A stretch of DNA of 64,000 nucleotides, taken from Vicugna vicugna (Eukaryota). The stretch is from positions 992,001 through 1,056,000 of the forward strand of contig MU058463.1 of the NCBI GenBank assembly GCA_013265495.1, in the 5' to 3' direction. Positions within the stretch are counted from its first letter, which is position 1; the number at the start of each line of letters is the position of its first letter. Of this stretch, positions 27,851-40,959 are shown in pieces. Made by a program: the position numbers and the translations under genes. Below the pieces are notes generated by a model. It did not search any database. It worked only from the letters and a program-made list of their open reading frames with translations, and was not told where the DNA came from.

Positions 27851-29871
27851 TCATGTAACCATTGTATCAGTCTACTTTTCATAGGAGCATGTCCTTGCTT
27901 CATTGCCTTTAAATGGATGCTTTTTGCTGACTATTTATTAATTTTTACACTTCATTCACTTTTTAAAGCCGTTCCTATTGGTTTAGTTAGTCTGATACAA
28001 GGTAGTCTGCTATAGTTCTAACTTGCAGTGCTTCCAGTTGCAGAAAGCTCCTGTTCCCCGACTACCCATGTGACTCTTCCAATGATGTTTTCAGGATGAT
28101 ATACTTCTAATTAACTAATTAGCCACAACTTTATTTCTAGTTTACTCTTAGTTCTCATTGCCAGAGTGACTACATTATTACAAATTCTGATTTATGTCTT
28201 TCAGCCTCTTTAAACAGTTTTGGATTTCTAGGAAAATCTACTCATTTGTATTAGTGTCATTTAATACTTTCTGGATATTTAATACTTTATGGAGATTATT
28301 AGAATTCCAGTGACTCAGGGTTGTCTTTGTACTAGTATCAACCTGCCTTCCAGAATGAGCTAGCACAATTTTGAATTCCTATTTTAAAATTATAAATTGG
28401 TTTTAGGGGCTACCATATAGAATACTGGATATCCAGAGCTATCCTTAATTTTCTTAAGAATTTTACTTTCAAAAAAAAAAACCTGTCTTGGATACTTGAT
28501 ATCCTTTGGGTTTATTTCAGGAGTCTAAGAATGGTTTCATGTTGATGCTTTGTGGCACCTTATCTGATAGCCCTCAATTTTACTCTTAAGGGTTCCTCTT
28601 TTTCCCAAAGTTCTCTAGGATTTCTAACCAAATTTCTAATATATCAAGGTATCTCTCACCATTGTGTCTGTGTTTCCTATACTATAGGCACTAGGCTGTG
28701 TATTATACTCTGTATTTGTTAAACTGTGCTGTATCATTCTATACTACACTATCGGTTTCCTTGGTGAGAGATGTGACGTGAATTAGTTTTCCATGCTACT
28801 ATAGTTCCAAGGAGATTGCAGGTTTCTTGGAGCCTCTGTTTAATTTTAGCTCATTTATTTAAAATACCTTTGTTTACAGTTTTTCTATTTTTCTTCTGCT
28901 GAAGCTGTGGTAATAGGTGGGAGCAAACACTTTGCCTGAGCTACAGAGTCCACTTCAAGGGGGACAGAGAGGAGGCAAGGTTATCCTTCTGTAATGAAGT
29001 CAGTCCCTCATTTTAGAGTATTTCAATTATTGTAGGAAAAACTCAACTTAATATTTAACTTCTTTTTTGAAATGAGTAATTCTGCCCCTTCAGTACAGAT
29101 TATGAGCATGGAAGCCAAATCTCATTGCCTTTATTTTGCACATATTATTTCTTTTAGTTTTAAATTCTAGCCTGGAAGCCTTTTCTTCCTAACTTTTAAG
29201 TTTTATTTCCTATTTTGAATATATTGCTCTTTAGAAGCTTCAGTTTCCTCAGGGGACAGCTCTAGCTAGTGGAATGAACACTGGCAGATCCCTGGCAGTG
29301 GCTCAGCCCTCAGGCTATAAAGAAGCATCATCCTTGAGCAGCTTATCATACAGATTTTAAAATATAATTATATTAATTATTTATTATATTTTTAATGCAC
29401 TATATACTTGAAAAGAGTTTGGGATTAACCCTGGCCATAATTTATTTTGATTATAATGTCTTTTTTTTTTTTAATCCAAGCTAATAAGGTGTCAACAGAT
29501 CAGTCTCCTTTCCTTATTCAGTCAGATTTTAGTTCCCTGCAGGGACCTGGTAACATGATTCTAGTAGATCATCACATGTCAGAATAAGATTTCTTCTCTG
29601 CTTTAGATTTATTATAATTCAGGTAAATTTTGTTACCATGAAAATTGCTGCAAGATATTTCTATTCAAGTATTCCAATACAATTTACTTATTCAACAATT
29701 GAAAGTTTTTTCCCCTTTTTTATTAATATTGGAGAATCTCCTGAGAGCCATGTATTTTCTTCCATGTTACCTCCCACAGTGAGGGCAAACTTGAGATAAA
29801 TGCCGAGGACAGAAACATTTATTAGCAGCCAGGCACTAAAAAAGTAGCTAAACATATTTGTAAAAAAATTT

Positions 29872-30198
29872 AATTAACAGAAATCTCAATTAAATAGAGT
29901 CAGAAGACCAGAAAGAAGAGTTCTTATGCCGTACAATGATGACAGACCCAAACAGGAAGAAGAAGGACTCCTCTTCTTTCCTAGGAAGGACTCAGCCAAT
30001 GAAAAACCATGGATTCTTTGTTTACTACAGCCCTCCCAGACTCCTTTTCCCCACTGTACAAGAATTCTTCCCTTGCAATGCAGAGACTTACATGTGACTC
30101 GCCATGGTTGCAGACCCAGAACTGCAATTCTCTGCGGATCCCAAGTAAACTATCTTTGCTGGAGAAATATTTCGCAGTCAGTTTGTTCTAGGTCAACA
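29872..30198 (+). mobile_element. ERV1-type solo LTR
   Basis: About 325 bp and more GC-rich than its flanks. Starts 'ttaacagaaatctcaattaaatagagtcagaagaccagaaag', has an internal CCAAT box ('agccaatg') and a poly(A)-signal-like 'agtaaa', and ends '...ctaggtcaaCA'. Confidence 0.7.
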
Positions 30199-30458
30199 GG
30201 TTCTTTCTATAGCTTAGGTAAGTCTTACTCTGCCCTTAGGCAGTACAGCTAGCAAATTGCAGAAAAGGTTAATTCTCAGGCAAATGGGGAAATACTGTCA
30301 GCAGGACCAGTCATAACTTCTTGGCTGCTAGAGAGGCAATAGATTTTCCTCTTAAAACAAAGGACCAACAGAACAATGGATCAAAACTATAATGAAATTA
30401 TTAGCCTGACCTATTTGCTACATAATCTAATGCAACAGTGGGATGGGGGAATATATGG

Positions 30459-30478
30459 GTGTGTGTGTGTGTGTGTGT
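30459..30478. repeat. (GT)10 microsatellite
   Basis: Read directly from the sequence. Confidence 0.9.
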
Positions 30479-30739
30479 ATATATTATATATACATTTAAA
30501 CATATTCCTACTTATTCACAACATTCTGTAGTAAATTTCAATGCCTATGTTGGAAATGTTAATTTTTTTTTTTTGGAGTGTTGATTCCTGATTAGAGTTT
30601 TCAAATGTTAACTAATCTCTTCTGGTGGATAAATTAAAGATAATTTACATATACATGAATGCCATACTACTTATACTTAAGTGTTTTAAAAGTAAAATAC
30701 CATATAGTTAGTTAAAAAAAGAAAGACATGTAGAGAGGT

Positions 30740-30960
30740 TCGTTCATTCATTTATTCAACAAGCATGCCAGGAACTATTCTAAACATTGAGAATACAAAT
30801 AAATGAATCAGTCAAAACCTTGACTGCTAACGAAGATAGATGCAGTACAATGGGATTTAAAAAAAGGAGAAAAAGATGTCTTTTTAGTATCTCTACTAAA
30901 GAAGTCTTACTGAAAATGGAACATTTAACAGTAATAAAAAGAATACAACCGTCAAAGTCA
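30740..30960 (-). mobile_element. LINE-2 3' end, antisense
   Basis: 'ttcattcatttattcaacaagcat...tctaaacattgagaatacaaataaatgaat'. Confidence 0.65.
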
Positions 30961-31218
30961 GATAGTCTTACAAAAGCCTTTTTGTTCAAATTTCAATTTT
31001 ATAAATAATTTTGGATTTCTTCCTTTTCTTAACAAGGAACAGGCTTTGAGGCAATTTAATTGGTAACCCATAATCCCATAATTGATGCCTACTTTTATAT
31101 TTTTAGTTTATTCTTAACCTAGGATGCTGATCAGTAACATCTTTTTAACTTCAATTCAGAAATTACAGCTAAACTTAGCCTGTAATGGTTTTTTGTTTTT
31201 TGTTTTTTCTAAATGCTA

Positions 31219-31605
31219 TGTTGACCCAGTTTTGAGGCACTGGCTAGCAACTGGTAAATTCTATTTCTTGAACAGCTGACTATGTCTGCACCTCAACCAC
31301 TGCCCTTTTTCAGGTTTTGGGTCTCTCAGGAGGATGTATCAGACATTAAAGATGTCCCCTATTTCCTGGAACTTGAAATCATTCAAACTGCCAACCCACA
31401 GGGAGCCTGGCAAACCCAGCTGATCCTACCCTCCTTGCCTCCTACAGCTGCAGCTTGCTGGTACTCTGTCCAGGGTGCAGTCTCCTCTGTGGCGCTGCCT
31501 GGCTACCCTCTCACATTCACAGCTGAAAGTAACAAAAATTCTGCCTGTTATCTAAGTGTCAGTGGGTTGTGTTTCAGTCTAATAATCTTTAAATCTTACA
31601 AAACA
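31219..31605 (+). mobile_element. ERV 5' LTR
   Basis: A block bounded by TG...CA ('tgttgacccagttttgagg...aaatcttacaaaaca') with a degenerate poly(A) signal region ('aagtaacaaaaattctgcc'), followed immediately by a tRNA-complementary PBS. Confidence 0.65.
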
Positions 31606-32190
31606 ACTTGTGCTGTGAGCAGAATGCTTAGCTCTTGGATAGCTTTGTGAGGGGACCACTCTCTCGACGTATTAATTGGCTCCAGACCACCACAAGAATG
31701 ACTTGGCACTTGTTTGTTGCTGTGTTTGCCAGTGGTCACCAGTTTTGTCTTTCAAATTTCCTAGGTGTGGGCTTATGCAAAACAAATGGTGCTAACTAGC
31801 TACCCTCCAGGGGCTAGATGCTAGCCCAGGTGTGAGCTTTAGTGCAGCAGGAGTGACAGGCCACCAGAGCCACTTACCTGGGTAGGGTTTTCCTGTGTGC
31901 TTCCTGTCACCGCTTGTGTTTTCTAGAGGCTCATTCCAGGGGCTGCCACTTCTTTGGCAGTGTTACTTTATTATTCACGGTAGGACTCTGGTTTGGCTGT
32001 GTTTCAGGCAACCCCTCTGTGAGTTGTACCTTTGGAGACCAGTAGAAGCCCAATATTTAATCCAAAAAGGGCAGAGGGACAAATAGCTGTCTCTACATAC
32101 TCCCCTTAAGAACACCAGTTGAAGTTGCCCAGTTGTTTAAATAATACAGGACCTCTTAGCCAGTGCACTTGGGCCTCAGGAAGCATTCCC
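31606..32190 (+). mobile_element. ERV internal 5' leader with a tRNA-Ser-like primer-binding site (truncated provirus)
   Basis: 31608-31625 'ttgtgctgtgagcagaat' matches TGGCGCTGTGAGCAGGAT (complement of the tRNA-Ser(CGA) 3' end) at 15 of 18 positions. A GC-richer leader follows. No 3' LTR or intact gag/pol is visible. Confidence 0.55.
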
Positions 32191-35100
32191 ATCTTATCAC
32201 CATGCGGAGGGACTGGTACTTGGAACAGGAGGGCTAAGTGCGCTGTTCCAAAGAGAATCTGTTAAGCTCCCTAAATGCAAATCCCAGTCCCTGGGAGGTG
32301 GGGTAAGAAGCCTTGGAACAAAAGGCTGCCCATGAGACAATTCCAGCAGTCTGGAGGCTGGCAGTGGTGCCTGTGAAAACATTAAGGTAATTCTCAAGCA
32401 CAAAATAATCCCTGAAGTCACAAAGCAAGCCAGTAAAGATTTGCAGTTTCCAGAACTATCACTCTGCCTGATGTACATCTCAGATGTCACTTTGGATGGT
32501 AACAACCAAGGTGTTGCCAGTAAGATTAGAAATCAGAGAAAGGGGAGGCACTGATGGTGGGTCTGTGTCTGCATTTTCCAGTTTCCTGTTTCCCAAATCA
32601 GTATTGTATCTACCAGCAGTCTCCACCAATGTACATGTTGGGTGTTTTGCTTTATTTTTGAAACTGTTTTTTTAACCACCCTCTTAACCATTGATTGTTG
32701 ACTTATGATGGAGTATTCCCAGATCTACCTTAGTAAGTTGCACACTTTTCAATTGACTCCTGTTTTTGCTTGCACCCTTCTTTTGTTACCAGTTCCTGAT
32801 TTTCAACTGGGGATTTCTTCCCTCTACCCACCTTGGCATCTGTCTGCCTCAGATGGGTTTCCTCTGGCACACAGATGTCCTGTAAGAGAGAATAGTGACT
32901 TAGACTAAGGTGTCCATTTGGTTCATTTGACCTCAGACAATTCTGACTCATACGTGTTCCACTTATTGAATTATTCCTAGTTTTATTGCACTCTAAAACA
33001 TCTTTGTTTGGATAGCATTTTATACACCCAACAAAACCCAGAAGTATATTCCATCTCCCTTGTCACAGTAATTGGTTCAGCCACAGTCAAATCCATTGAG
33101 ATATTGGATGTTTGCTGGGAATGCCAGAAGAGAGGCAAGACTTGAAACTTGAGAGGGTTTAATATGAACAGGCAGAGAAGAGCCCAGATCATTGAATCTA
33201 CCACTCAGTGATGGTGCATTAGAATATAGCCAACACTTTGGAGGTGGGGCCAGAAAATCTTGATCCCTGTGTCAGTTTTACTCTTTGATATCTAAGTGTT
33301 CTTTATATACATATTTTCGCAGATTCAGGTTCCAACACTTTTTCCCCCTCAGCTTTCTGGACCATCATTTGTGTCACTTGCCACGGATGTAGTCTTCATT
33401 GGTCCAGATGAGATCCTTTTAACTTAGCATTTATACTTATGTTTATGGAAATGTCCAAAAAGTCACAAGACATTGTATCCATTTCTAGATGTCTTCTTAC
33501 AGTTGTCCAGCTACTATTTCATTCCAGGGTTCTACTTGACTCTTTCTAAATGAATCACATCCAAATGTGATTTAAATTAGAAAAAAAAAACAACACACAA
33601 AAACAAAAACAAATTTTTTACTGCTTTCTGTTTTTTAAACTTTGCTATACTCCTAAGAAACTGTCTTTATCTAAAATTGTATACAACTGTTAAAGTACCT
33701 GATTTTTCATGAAATATGCCAGTGAATAAAATTGCTGTTATTTTTACTGTAAATACTTTCACACAGAGACCAATCATTAAGTAGCAGACAGCTTCTGCAT
33801 CAGTGGTTATTTATGATGCAAACAAGTTCACATAACTTGCATACAGTAGCTTATAGATTTTTAAAGATACATATATATGTTAACACATATTTATTGTGGT
33901 ATATTCTAATCAGTGAAGATTGTCTCTATTATAATATCAAAAAATTACCAGTAAAATCTAAATTAAAATGATGAAAATCAACAGAGATAAATTCCCTTCA
34001 TTATTGAATTGCATAAGTATAGATGAAAAACTGTCTAGTTTACATGTGGAAAGAATACTTTTCCTTTTGAATTTTAAGTTTATTTGTTCTCAGACCATAG
34101 TGTTTTTTTCTTTTTACTTGTTTTAAATATTGCAGGGTAGCATGTAAAAAGGTTATGCTACCCAAGGAAAAATACAACTTTGATTTATGTACAAAGTTTA
34201 TTGAAAACCAGAGGTTGTCTCAATTTATATTGGAATCTCTAAAGATTCATGCAGAACTGCAATTATCCACTATACAATTTGGATGGACATCAGTCAGAGA
34301 AGACATAACAATCTTTTTTTTTCTATTTGCGGGGAATTTAACTAGTTTATTTTAAGATCTCTTTGATCTTTCAGTTTATGGGATGCATCAAGGTGTGAGT
34401 TGAATTCTGATAGTGGTGAATTTATCTAATCGCCAGAAGCAGCACTATGAAATTCTGTACCAGCAGGTTATGATGGGATTCCCTAGGATAAATCAGGCTT
34501 GATTCTGTTGCCTTGCATATAAACAATTTAAAATTTTCATGCCGTTAATTATAATTTTAATAAACATAGTGATTAGTCATATAGATTTAGTGAATATGTT
34601 AGTATTAAATTTAATGCAGCAATGTAACTAATTTCCCAAGAAATACTACTAATATTATAATTGAAAATATTGAAAATGAAATTGGAATTTCAACATGTGA
34701 GTATTGAATAGGTATGTTTGCAAATATAAATTGCCAAAATTCAATATTGACAATGAAAACTTGACCAAAGAGGAAGTACAATGTTAAGAAGACATGGAAT
34801 ATCAAAATCCCCTGAGGTAAAGAATCTCAACTTAAATGAAGTATAAGGGGGTTAATTTCTGTGTGTCAGGTAAAAATGAAGCAGCCTGGGCTGTGAGTCT
34901 TTTATAGAAGCAGAACTTAAAGTCTGTATTAACTAGTGAAGTGCCTTGAGTCTGGTGAACAATGCATATTTGTTTGCCATTTCAATGAACCTGTATTTCC
35001 CTTTTGAATTCCACTTAAAATATATAAAAGTGCAGTTTTGAACAATAACCTATCAAAACTAGAGTTGGGCTTAATATGGGTCAATTGCATCAAGGAAACT

Positions 35101-35664
35101 ATTTACATTAACCATAGAACCAGATATGTGTGTGGGAGGGTGTGTGGACGCAAGTGTAGAGTTCTAAATTAATACATACATATTTCTGAACCTTGATGTT
35201 GATTCACATTTTAAACGTTTTTGATTATGACTTTTTATTAATGAAGCACCTCTTATTCATTTTGTACTAGTTGAATTTAGTTTTCTATTCCTTGGTTTGC
35301 AGATTATATCTTGAGTTCTCCCGACAGAGATGCATGCATTCTCTCATATAAAAATGCTGCTACCTTGTGGCATTCTTTTTCAAAAGATTCAAAAATTCAC
35401 CAATACTTGGAGTACTATATTTTCCATCCTTACAGCACAAGATATTTATTATCACTGCTCTGAGAAGAGTTGTAAAAGGTTTGTCATCAAATTGTCTGTG
35501 GTTTCCTTTCTGATACAATTTCAGAATTAATTTTTGTTATGTATTTATAATAACCTTCAAAAGAGCTTCAGAAGTGATAATTTCCATCTGTTATAAAAAT
35601 AACATAAAATAATTATTTTGGATATAATCTTATTTTTTAAAAATTTTTTCTAGTAAATAACAAC

Positions 35665-36030
35665 TTTTTTTTTTTTTTTTTTTGGCTCCCATATTCTAAG
35701 GGGCAGGGGAGTGGTGGGCAGCACATCAGGTCCAGGGGATCTTGGGAGGTGGGACAAGAGCCCCCAGAGTGACAATACCCACCACGGACAGGGCGAGTGT
35801 CTGAACTCGTCCCGCCCCACCAAGTTGGCCAGAGTTGCTGAGGGCTTGTTCCTGAGGTTTATTTAGCAGGAGGGGACAAAGCCCTGCAGGATGCCCTGGA
35901 CAGAAGCTGGCCCTATGCTGCCATCTGGCGGCTTCCCAGCAAGGACCGCTCCCCCTAGGGAAGTAGTGCTCTAGGGGCTGTCTGGCCCGCTTCACTCAGC
36001 CTCTTGCCCCCCAAGTCAGCCTGCAGGTTG
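35665..36030 (-). other. Putative retrotransposed cellular sequence (5'-truncated retrocopy) with a poly(A) tail
   Basis: T19 (35665-35683) abuts a sharply bounded GC-rich block of about 345 bp within very AT-rich flanks. It resembles no TE that I recognise. Confidence 0.5.
35916..35931 (-). promoter_or_regulatory. CTCF-like motif
   Basis: The minus strand reads CCGCCAGATGGCAGCA, close to the CTCF core consensus CCASYAGRKGGCRSY. Occupancy is untested. Confidence 0.5.
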
Positions 36031-36899
36031 AACTATAACAATTCTAGAAATCCGGTAATGAACTTGAATTTCAGAACATGCCATAAAATGTATTTCAGTA
36101 ATCCCAAATAGAGAAACAATTTCACTGGCAAACTAATTGTTTAAGAGATGAAAGTATCTCAAGTATCAAAGAATTTTACTAAAGAAGCTTTCTCACAGTC
36201 TTATGAGGATACTTTGGTCTCTGTTCATGCAAAATGGTGTCTGGATGTCTGTCATCTGAGGACTTCATGGCCATATATATATCTGTCAACCTCATGAGAA
36301 ATTGCTAATAGTTTAAAGATCACCCTTTAATTTATAAAGTAGAGGGGAAAAAAGGCAAAGCAAATATCATTTCCCCTAGATAGGGTATTCATTGAAATAT
36401 GGAGCTGGATTGAATCTGTCAACTCAGGACAAACAAGTGATCTTAAAACTGAAACAGAAACACATTTTATTTATGCAGTGGTAATAAGAAATGAGAACAC
36501 AGAATCTGAGGATCTTAGGCTTTCTCACTACCAGTACTTTTCTTTCTCAAAAATAATACTTTAAATTGTTGCAGAATAATTGGAAGCATAAATTTTGAGA
36601 GCATTTGAGTCTTCAAGTCTAAACAGATTTCTCCAAAAATCTGAACATGTTAAAAAACAAATAATATGACTAGAGTCATGGAAGAAACATTTTTTTATAT
36701 CACTTAATATTATATGTATGAATTGTCATATCTGTGATTATAATTGCTTACTAAAATCTTACCAGATAATATCTTTGCAAAATTTACTAGACAACTTTTG
36801 TAAACTCCAATGTAAGGCATAAATAATATTATATACTTAATTTTACTTTAATTTTCCATTATTTTTAAAACTGGAAGAAAAAGAGGAAAAGGATGTTAG

Positions 36900-37430
36900 A
36901 GAATTAACAGAATTTCAGTATTGGCCCACATGTCTATTTCTAGTCACTTCTCCCAAAGATAAATGCCTTTTTGACCTCTAATATGTATTTCTTTTGTTTT
37001 CTGTTTAAACCTTATGAAAGTAGTGTATTACAGCATATGCTCTTACATACTTGTTTTATTTTACTTAAAATATGTATTTGCAAGAGTCTTCTATACTTTT
37101 GCTTGTAGTGGTAGTTTTCTATTCTTTCTCGTTGTTGACTAGTATTCCACTGTGTGAATACACCGTAATTGATTTATCCTTTCTATTGTTGAGAAACATT
37201 GATTAATTTTAAATTTTTGGCTATTACAAATCTTTTAGGGAACACATGTTTGCCTTTCTGGTTAGCATATACTTAGGAGTGGAATTGCTGGGCTAATGGC
37301 TATTAACATATTCAGCTGTAGTGGATGTGGCAAAAATGGTGTTCACTAATAACTCCCATCAGAGTTAACTGGGAATTCTGCTGCTCATCCTCACTAATGT
37401 TTGATATTATTTGTCCTTTAGGCCTATCCT
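36900..37430 (-). mobile_element. L1ME/MB-like 3' fragment, antisense
   Basis: 'tagtattccactgtgtgaatacaccgtaattgatttatcc...ttttggctattacaaat...cttaggagtggaattgctggg'. Confidence 0.75.
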
Positions 37431-39419
37431 ACATTGTGAAAATATCCTATGTTTTCTTTAAAAAATTTTTTTAAGCTTCTTGGAACAATTTTTGCCACAT
37501 CTTGAGCACTTTGTAAATGTTAGTTTTATTTGTTATGGATAAGATTTTAGTTAAAAATTAGTCCAAATAACATGGAATTTCATGGTACTTTGGGGGTTTA
37601 TCTCTTAAGTAAGTAGGTAAAGATATAAGCCAAGTATCAAATTTGTAATTGTCTTAAGGAATATAGGCAGTCTGGTTTAAAAATGTTTCTAATTTCTATT
37701 TGAGAATATTGTCAAGGAAGATACTTTATAGCGTCCCAATCTCTTACTGACTTTAGGATTTTGATGTTTTTTATGTGTTGCAGATAAACTAAGACTATTT
37801 TCAAAATCTTTACGTTTATTATATGTTTTTATCATAAGATATTCTTCATTGCATATTTATTTTGTAAGAGAATATTTACATTTTAAAATGCCATATTCTT
37901 AACATTATAAAGCTAAAAGTGAATTGAAATCATGTCATTTAAGAATTGGGAAATCCTGATAGTAGGATTCAAAAAGAATCACTTAACTTTGTAAGAACAT
38001 TAGGGAAAAAAGTATATAAACATTAAACATCAAACATCTTAGAGTGAATATTGACTGCTTATAATTTAAATTCAGTGCTCTGCATTTTCAATAATTGGTA
38101 TATCTTTTATAAGTTAATGTATGATACTTTATTAGGAAGAAAATATAAGGGATAAAAATCATACATCAAAAACTTCTTTATGTTCCATTAACTTGAGAGA
38201 ATAAAAATATTGCAATTGTCTGGCTTACCAGAAATGCTCCTCAATATTGAGATTGAATTCCCTTGGGAAATAGTTGCAATCGATTTTCATTTGATACATT
38301 CGGCTACTCAATGAGATTAGATGCTAGGATTTATAGTATGACTTGTTGTGCAAATTATAGCTCTCTTATAGGGGTGAGGACATGGAAGGGAATATGCAGT
38401 ATATTTCCATGTTTGGTATTCAGTTTTTAAATGGGTACATAAACTAGAAGTGATCTGATCAAAAGGAAAGTAGGGCAACATTTCAATTTGAAAGGAAGCT
38501 GTAATGATCTGAAATACTGTTCTTTTAGTTCACTTGATTTCTGCTCAAGCTACAGAAGTGGAAATCTAAAAACAGAAACAAACACGTAGGGGTAGTGAAT
38601 TCTTCCTTTGGAAACGGAGGCCCGTTTCTGTTATATGATTGCAGGGGTCCCATATACATCTTGTTTATGAGAGTATTCATGGTGTAGATTAGAACAACTT
38701 TGACATTATGTAAGAAATGGTTACTGGCAAAGGAAAGAGGTAAATGTAATAGTTAATCAGATATATGTGTATATATTAAAAGGGAAAGTAAATATTAATT
38801 TAAAATAAAAACATTAGAATGTTGAGTATAAAATTTAATTCAAGTATTTTTATTCCTCTATATTACTAAAATTACACTGTGGAAATTCTAAACCCAAACC
38901 ACTTCTTATCTGTTATATTATACATGATTAACAGTAATTCAGTATAATCTTGGTCAGAATAATAGGTCAAATATAAATTGTTGTGTCTGCTCATATTAAA
39001 ATGGAATCCCTTTCTGTCCTCTAACCTCCTTACTTTTCAATGATGATATGTTATATGAGTATTTAAATCTCATTTCCAAAATAATTTAATTTCTTTCTTA
39101 ACTAACTGTTAAGGTCACAAATGATTAAATTGAGACTACAGAATTATGTGTGTTTACTGAAAGCTCCAACTAAAGGTCAATGGGAAAATTAAAGCACGGT
39201 GTTTTAGTAACATAAATATTAATATTTTATTGTAATGAAAAAAGCTGTGATAGTCTCTGAATTTCTCTTTCCATTTTGTAACATTTATTTAAGACTATTC
39301 ATTAAATTGAAGAGGCTTGTTTGACACAGAAGAAGAAAAAAATACCCATTTTGCAGTCAAAAATATACTTTATCCTTATGCCAACATTATAATAACATTA
39401 TTAAAATTATTATTGTATC

Positions 39420-39910
39420 ATCATTAACAGCAGCAACATCTAATTACATGGAATTAACTGTTTCAAACTCAGCTAAGCACTCAAACTGCATTAGCTAATT
39501 TAATCCTGACAACAAGAATTTGAGATCAATACTGTTATTTTCCCTACATTTTGGAAAAGTAAGCAAAACCGAGATTAAAGTACTTACTAAAAGTTCCACA
39601 AAGGTGATAAGGCATGTTGCATAGCACTAGATGGGAAATAAAGAATCCTCTGTATTTTTTTTTTCTGACCATTTCTAAAATCAGATAGGAAGATTCGTGA
39701 TTTGGGTATTCTGTTTTCAATGAATTGAGAAAGATTGAGTTCTTACTCTTCAGGCATTGTTTGGCAGTGGGTACTTTATTTAATAATTCAACTCTGCATT
39801 GTTAGTATTTTACCTTTTTATAGATAAGCAAACTGAGGTTTGAGAGGTTGAACTGTTTCCCCCAAAATATATATTGATAGTGGATATAGGAATTAAACCT
39901 AGACACCTTT
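39420..39910 (-). mobile_element. MIR fragments, antisense
   Basis: Contains 'ttagctaatttaatcctgacaacaa' and 'ttttatagataagcaaactgaggtttgagaggttgaac'. Confidence 0.6.
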
Positions 39911-40959
39911 TTCATACCTAAAAGGTCAAGCTCATTCCCTTATCCAAATTCTTAATCCCGTAACTTTATATCATAACATGATTATATGCTATACCTATTT
40001 AAAATTTTTCTCCAGCATGAACATTTCTCCACAGACACCAAGTAAGTAGCTTTAATGGTTCTACTACAGTGACTTCTATTCCAGATAAACAAATCTAACG
40101 CAGTTTGTGGTTTATTGCTCTATTTCTCCTCAGTGGTTGATGCTGTGAGTCAGCCTTCTTCTAGAAATGCTCTGATTTCTGTTTCCAGTAAAACACACTG
40201 CTGTATGTTCTCAGCTTCCTGGCCACTCCTCAGGCTTCTTCATTAACTCTTTAAAGGGTGATGTTTTCACAAGTTTAGTCATTTGAGATGGTTAAATTTG
40301 TCAAGTAAACAGAGGCATGGAATCTATTTTATTTTTATGAAAAATTTAAAGATGTATATGAATATTTACGTTAATATTTTCATTATGGATCAAATCACCC
40401 TACTACGTAAAAACCTGGCTCATATATGAGTCATCTTCAAATGATATGGACCTAATATTTTGATGGACAGACATACTATTTACATTGAAATAGAACTTAA
40501 GACTTACTTGGGGAATTGAGAAATACTCAGTGGTGTGTTACCCTTTAAGGAAAAATGGCATTTATGTAATTCACAGGACTTAGCATTGATAATGAAGTAA
40601 TCTGGAGAGTAAATCTAGGGTCATATTCCAATGAGTATTGTGCACAAACCAATAGTGACATGAGGCTGGCAAAAGTACTTAAACTGCTCATGTATTTATT
40701 GTTTAGGAACTTAGGTGTTCTTTATCACTGTAAAAATAACATGTTTCAGCATCCTATAAATAGGGTTCTATGAATCTAGTGAACAAAAACACATTAAATT
40801 GAATCGCACTGCATATTTACAAAAATGCTACTACAGGAAGAGATTTGAGAAGATTTTTTTTTCTAAAGTCAGATAATTTTCTATCTTTTAATTCACATGA
40901 AAGAATGTATGTATTCTTAGTCGTAGGAGAGGAAATAAGAAAGTGGTTGAAAGTCTGAA

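Noticed and set aside
30200..30225. Recursive splice site (TAG|GTAAGT)
   Set aside because: An upstream AG interrupts a short pyrimidine tract, the site abuts an LTR, and no host transcript is established.
34135..34163. GGGTAGCAT-N11-ATGCTACCC inverted repeat, identical to the two halves of the EBV EBNA1 palindrome and sitting at a strong-looking acceptor
   Set aside because: EBNA1 needs adjacent half-sites. A single 9-bp inverted repeat can arise by chance, and the downstream ORF (34155-34355) has no recognisable homology or clear donor.
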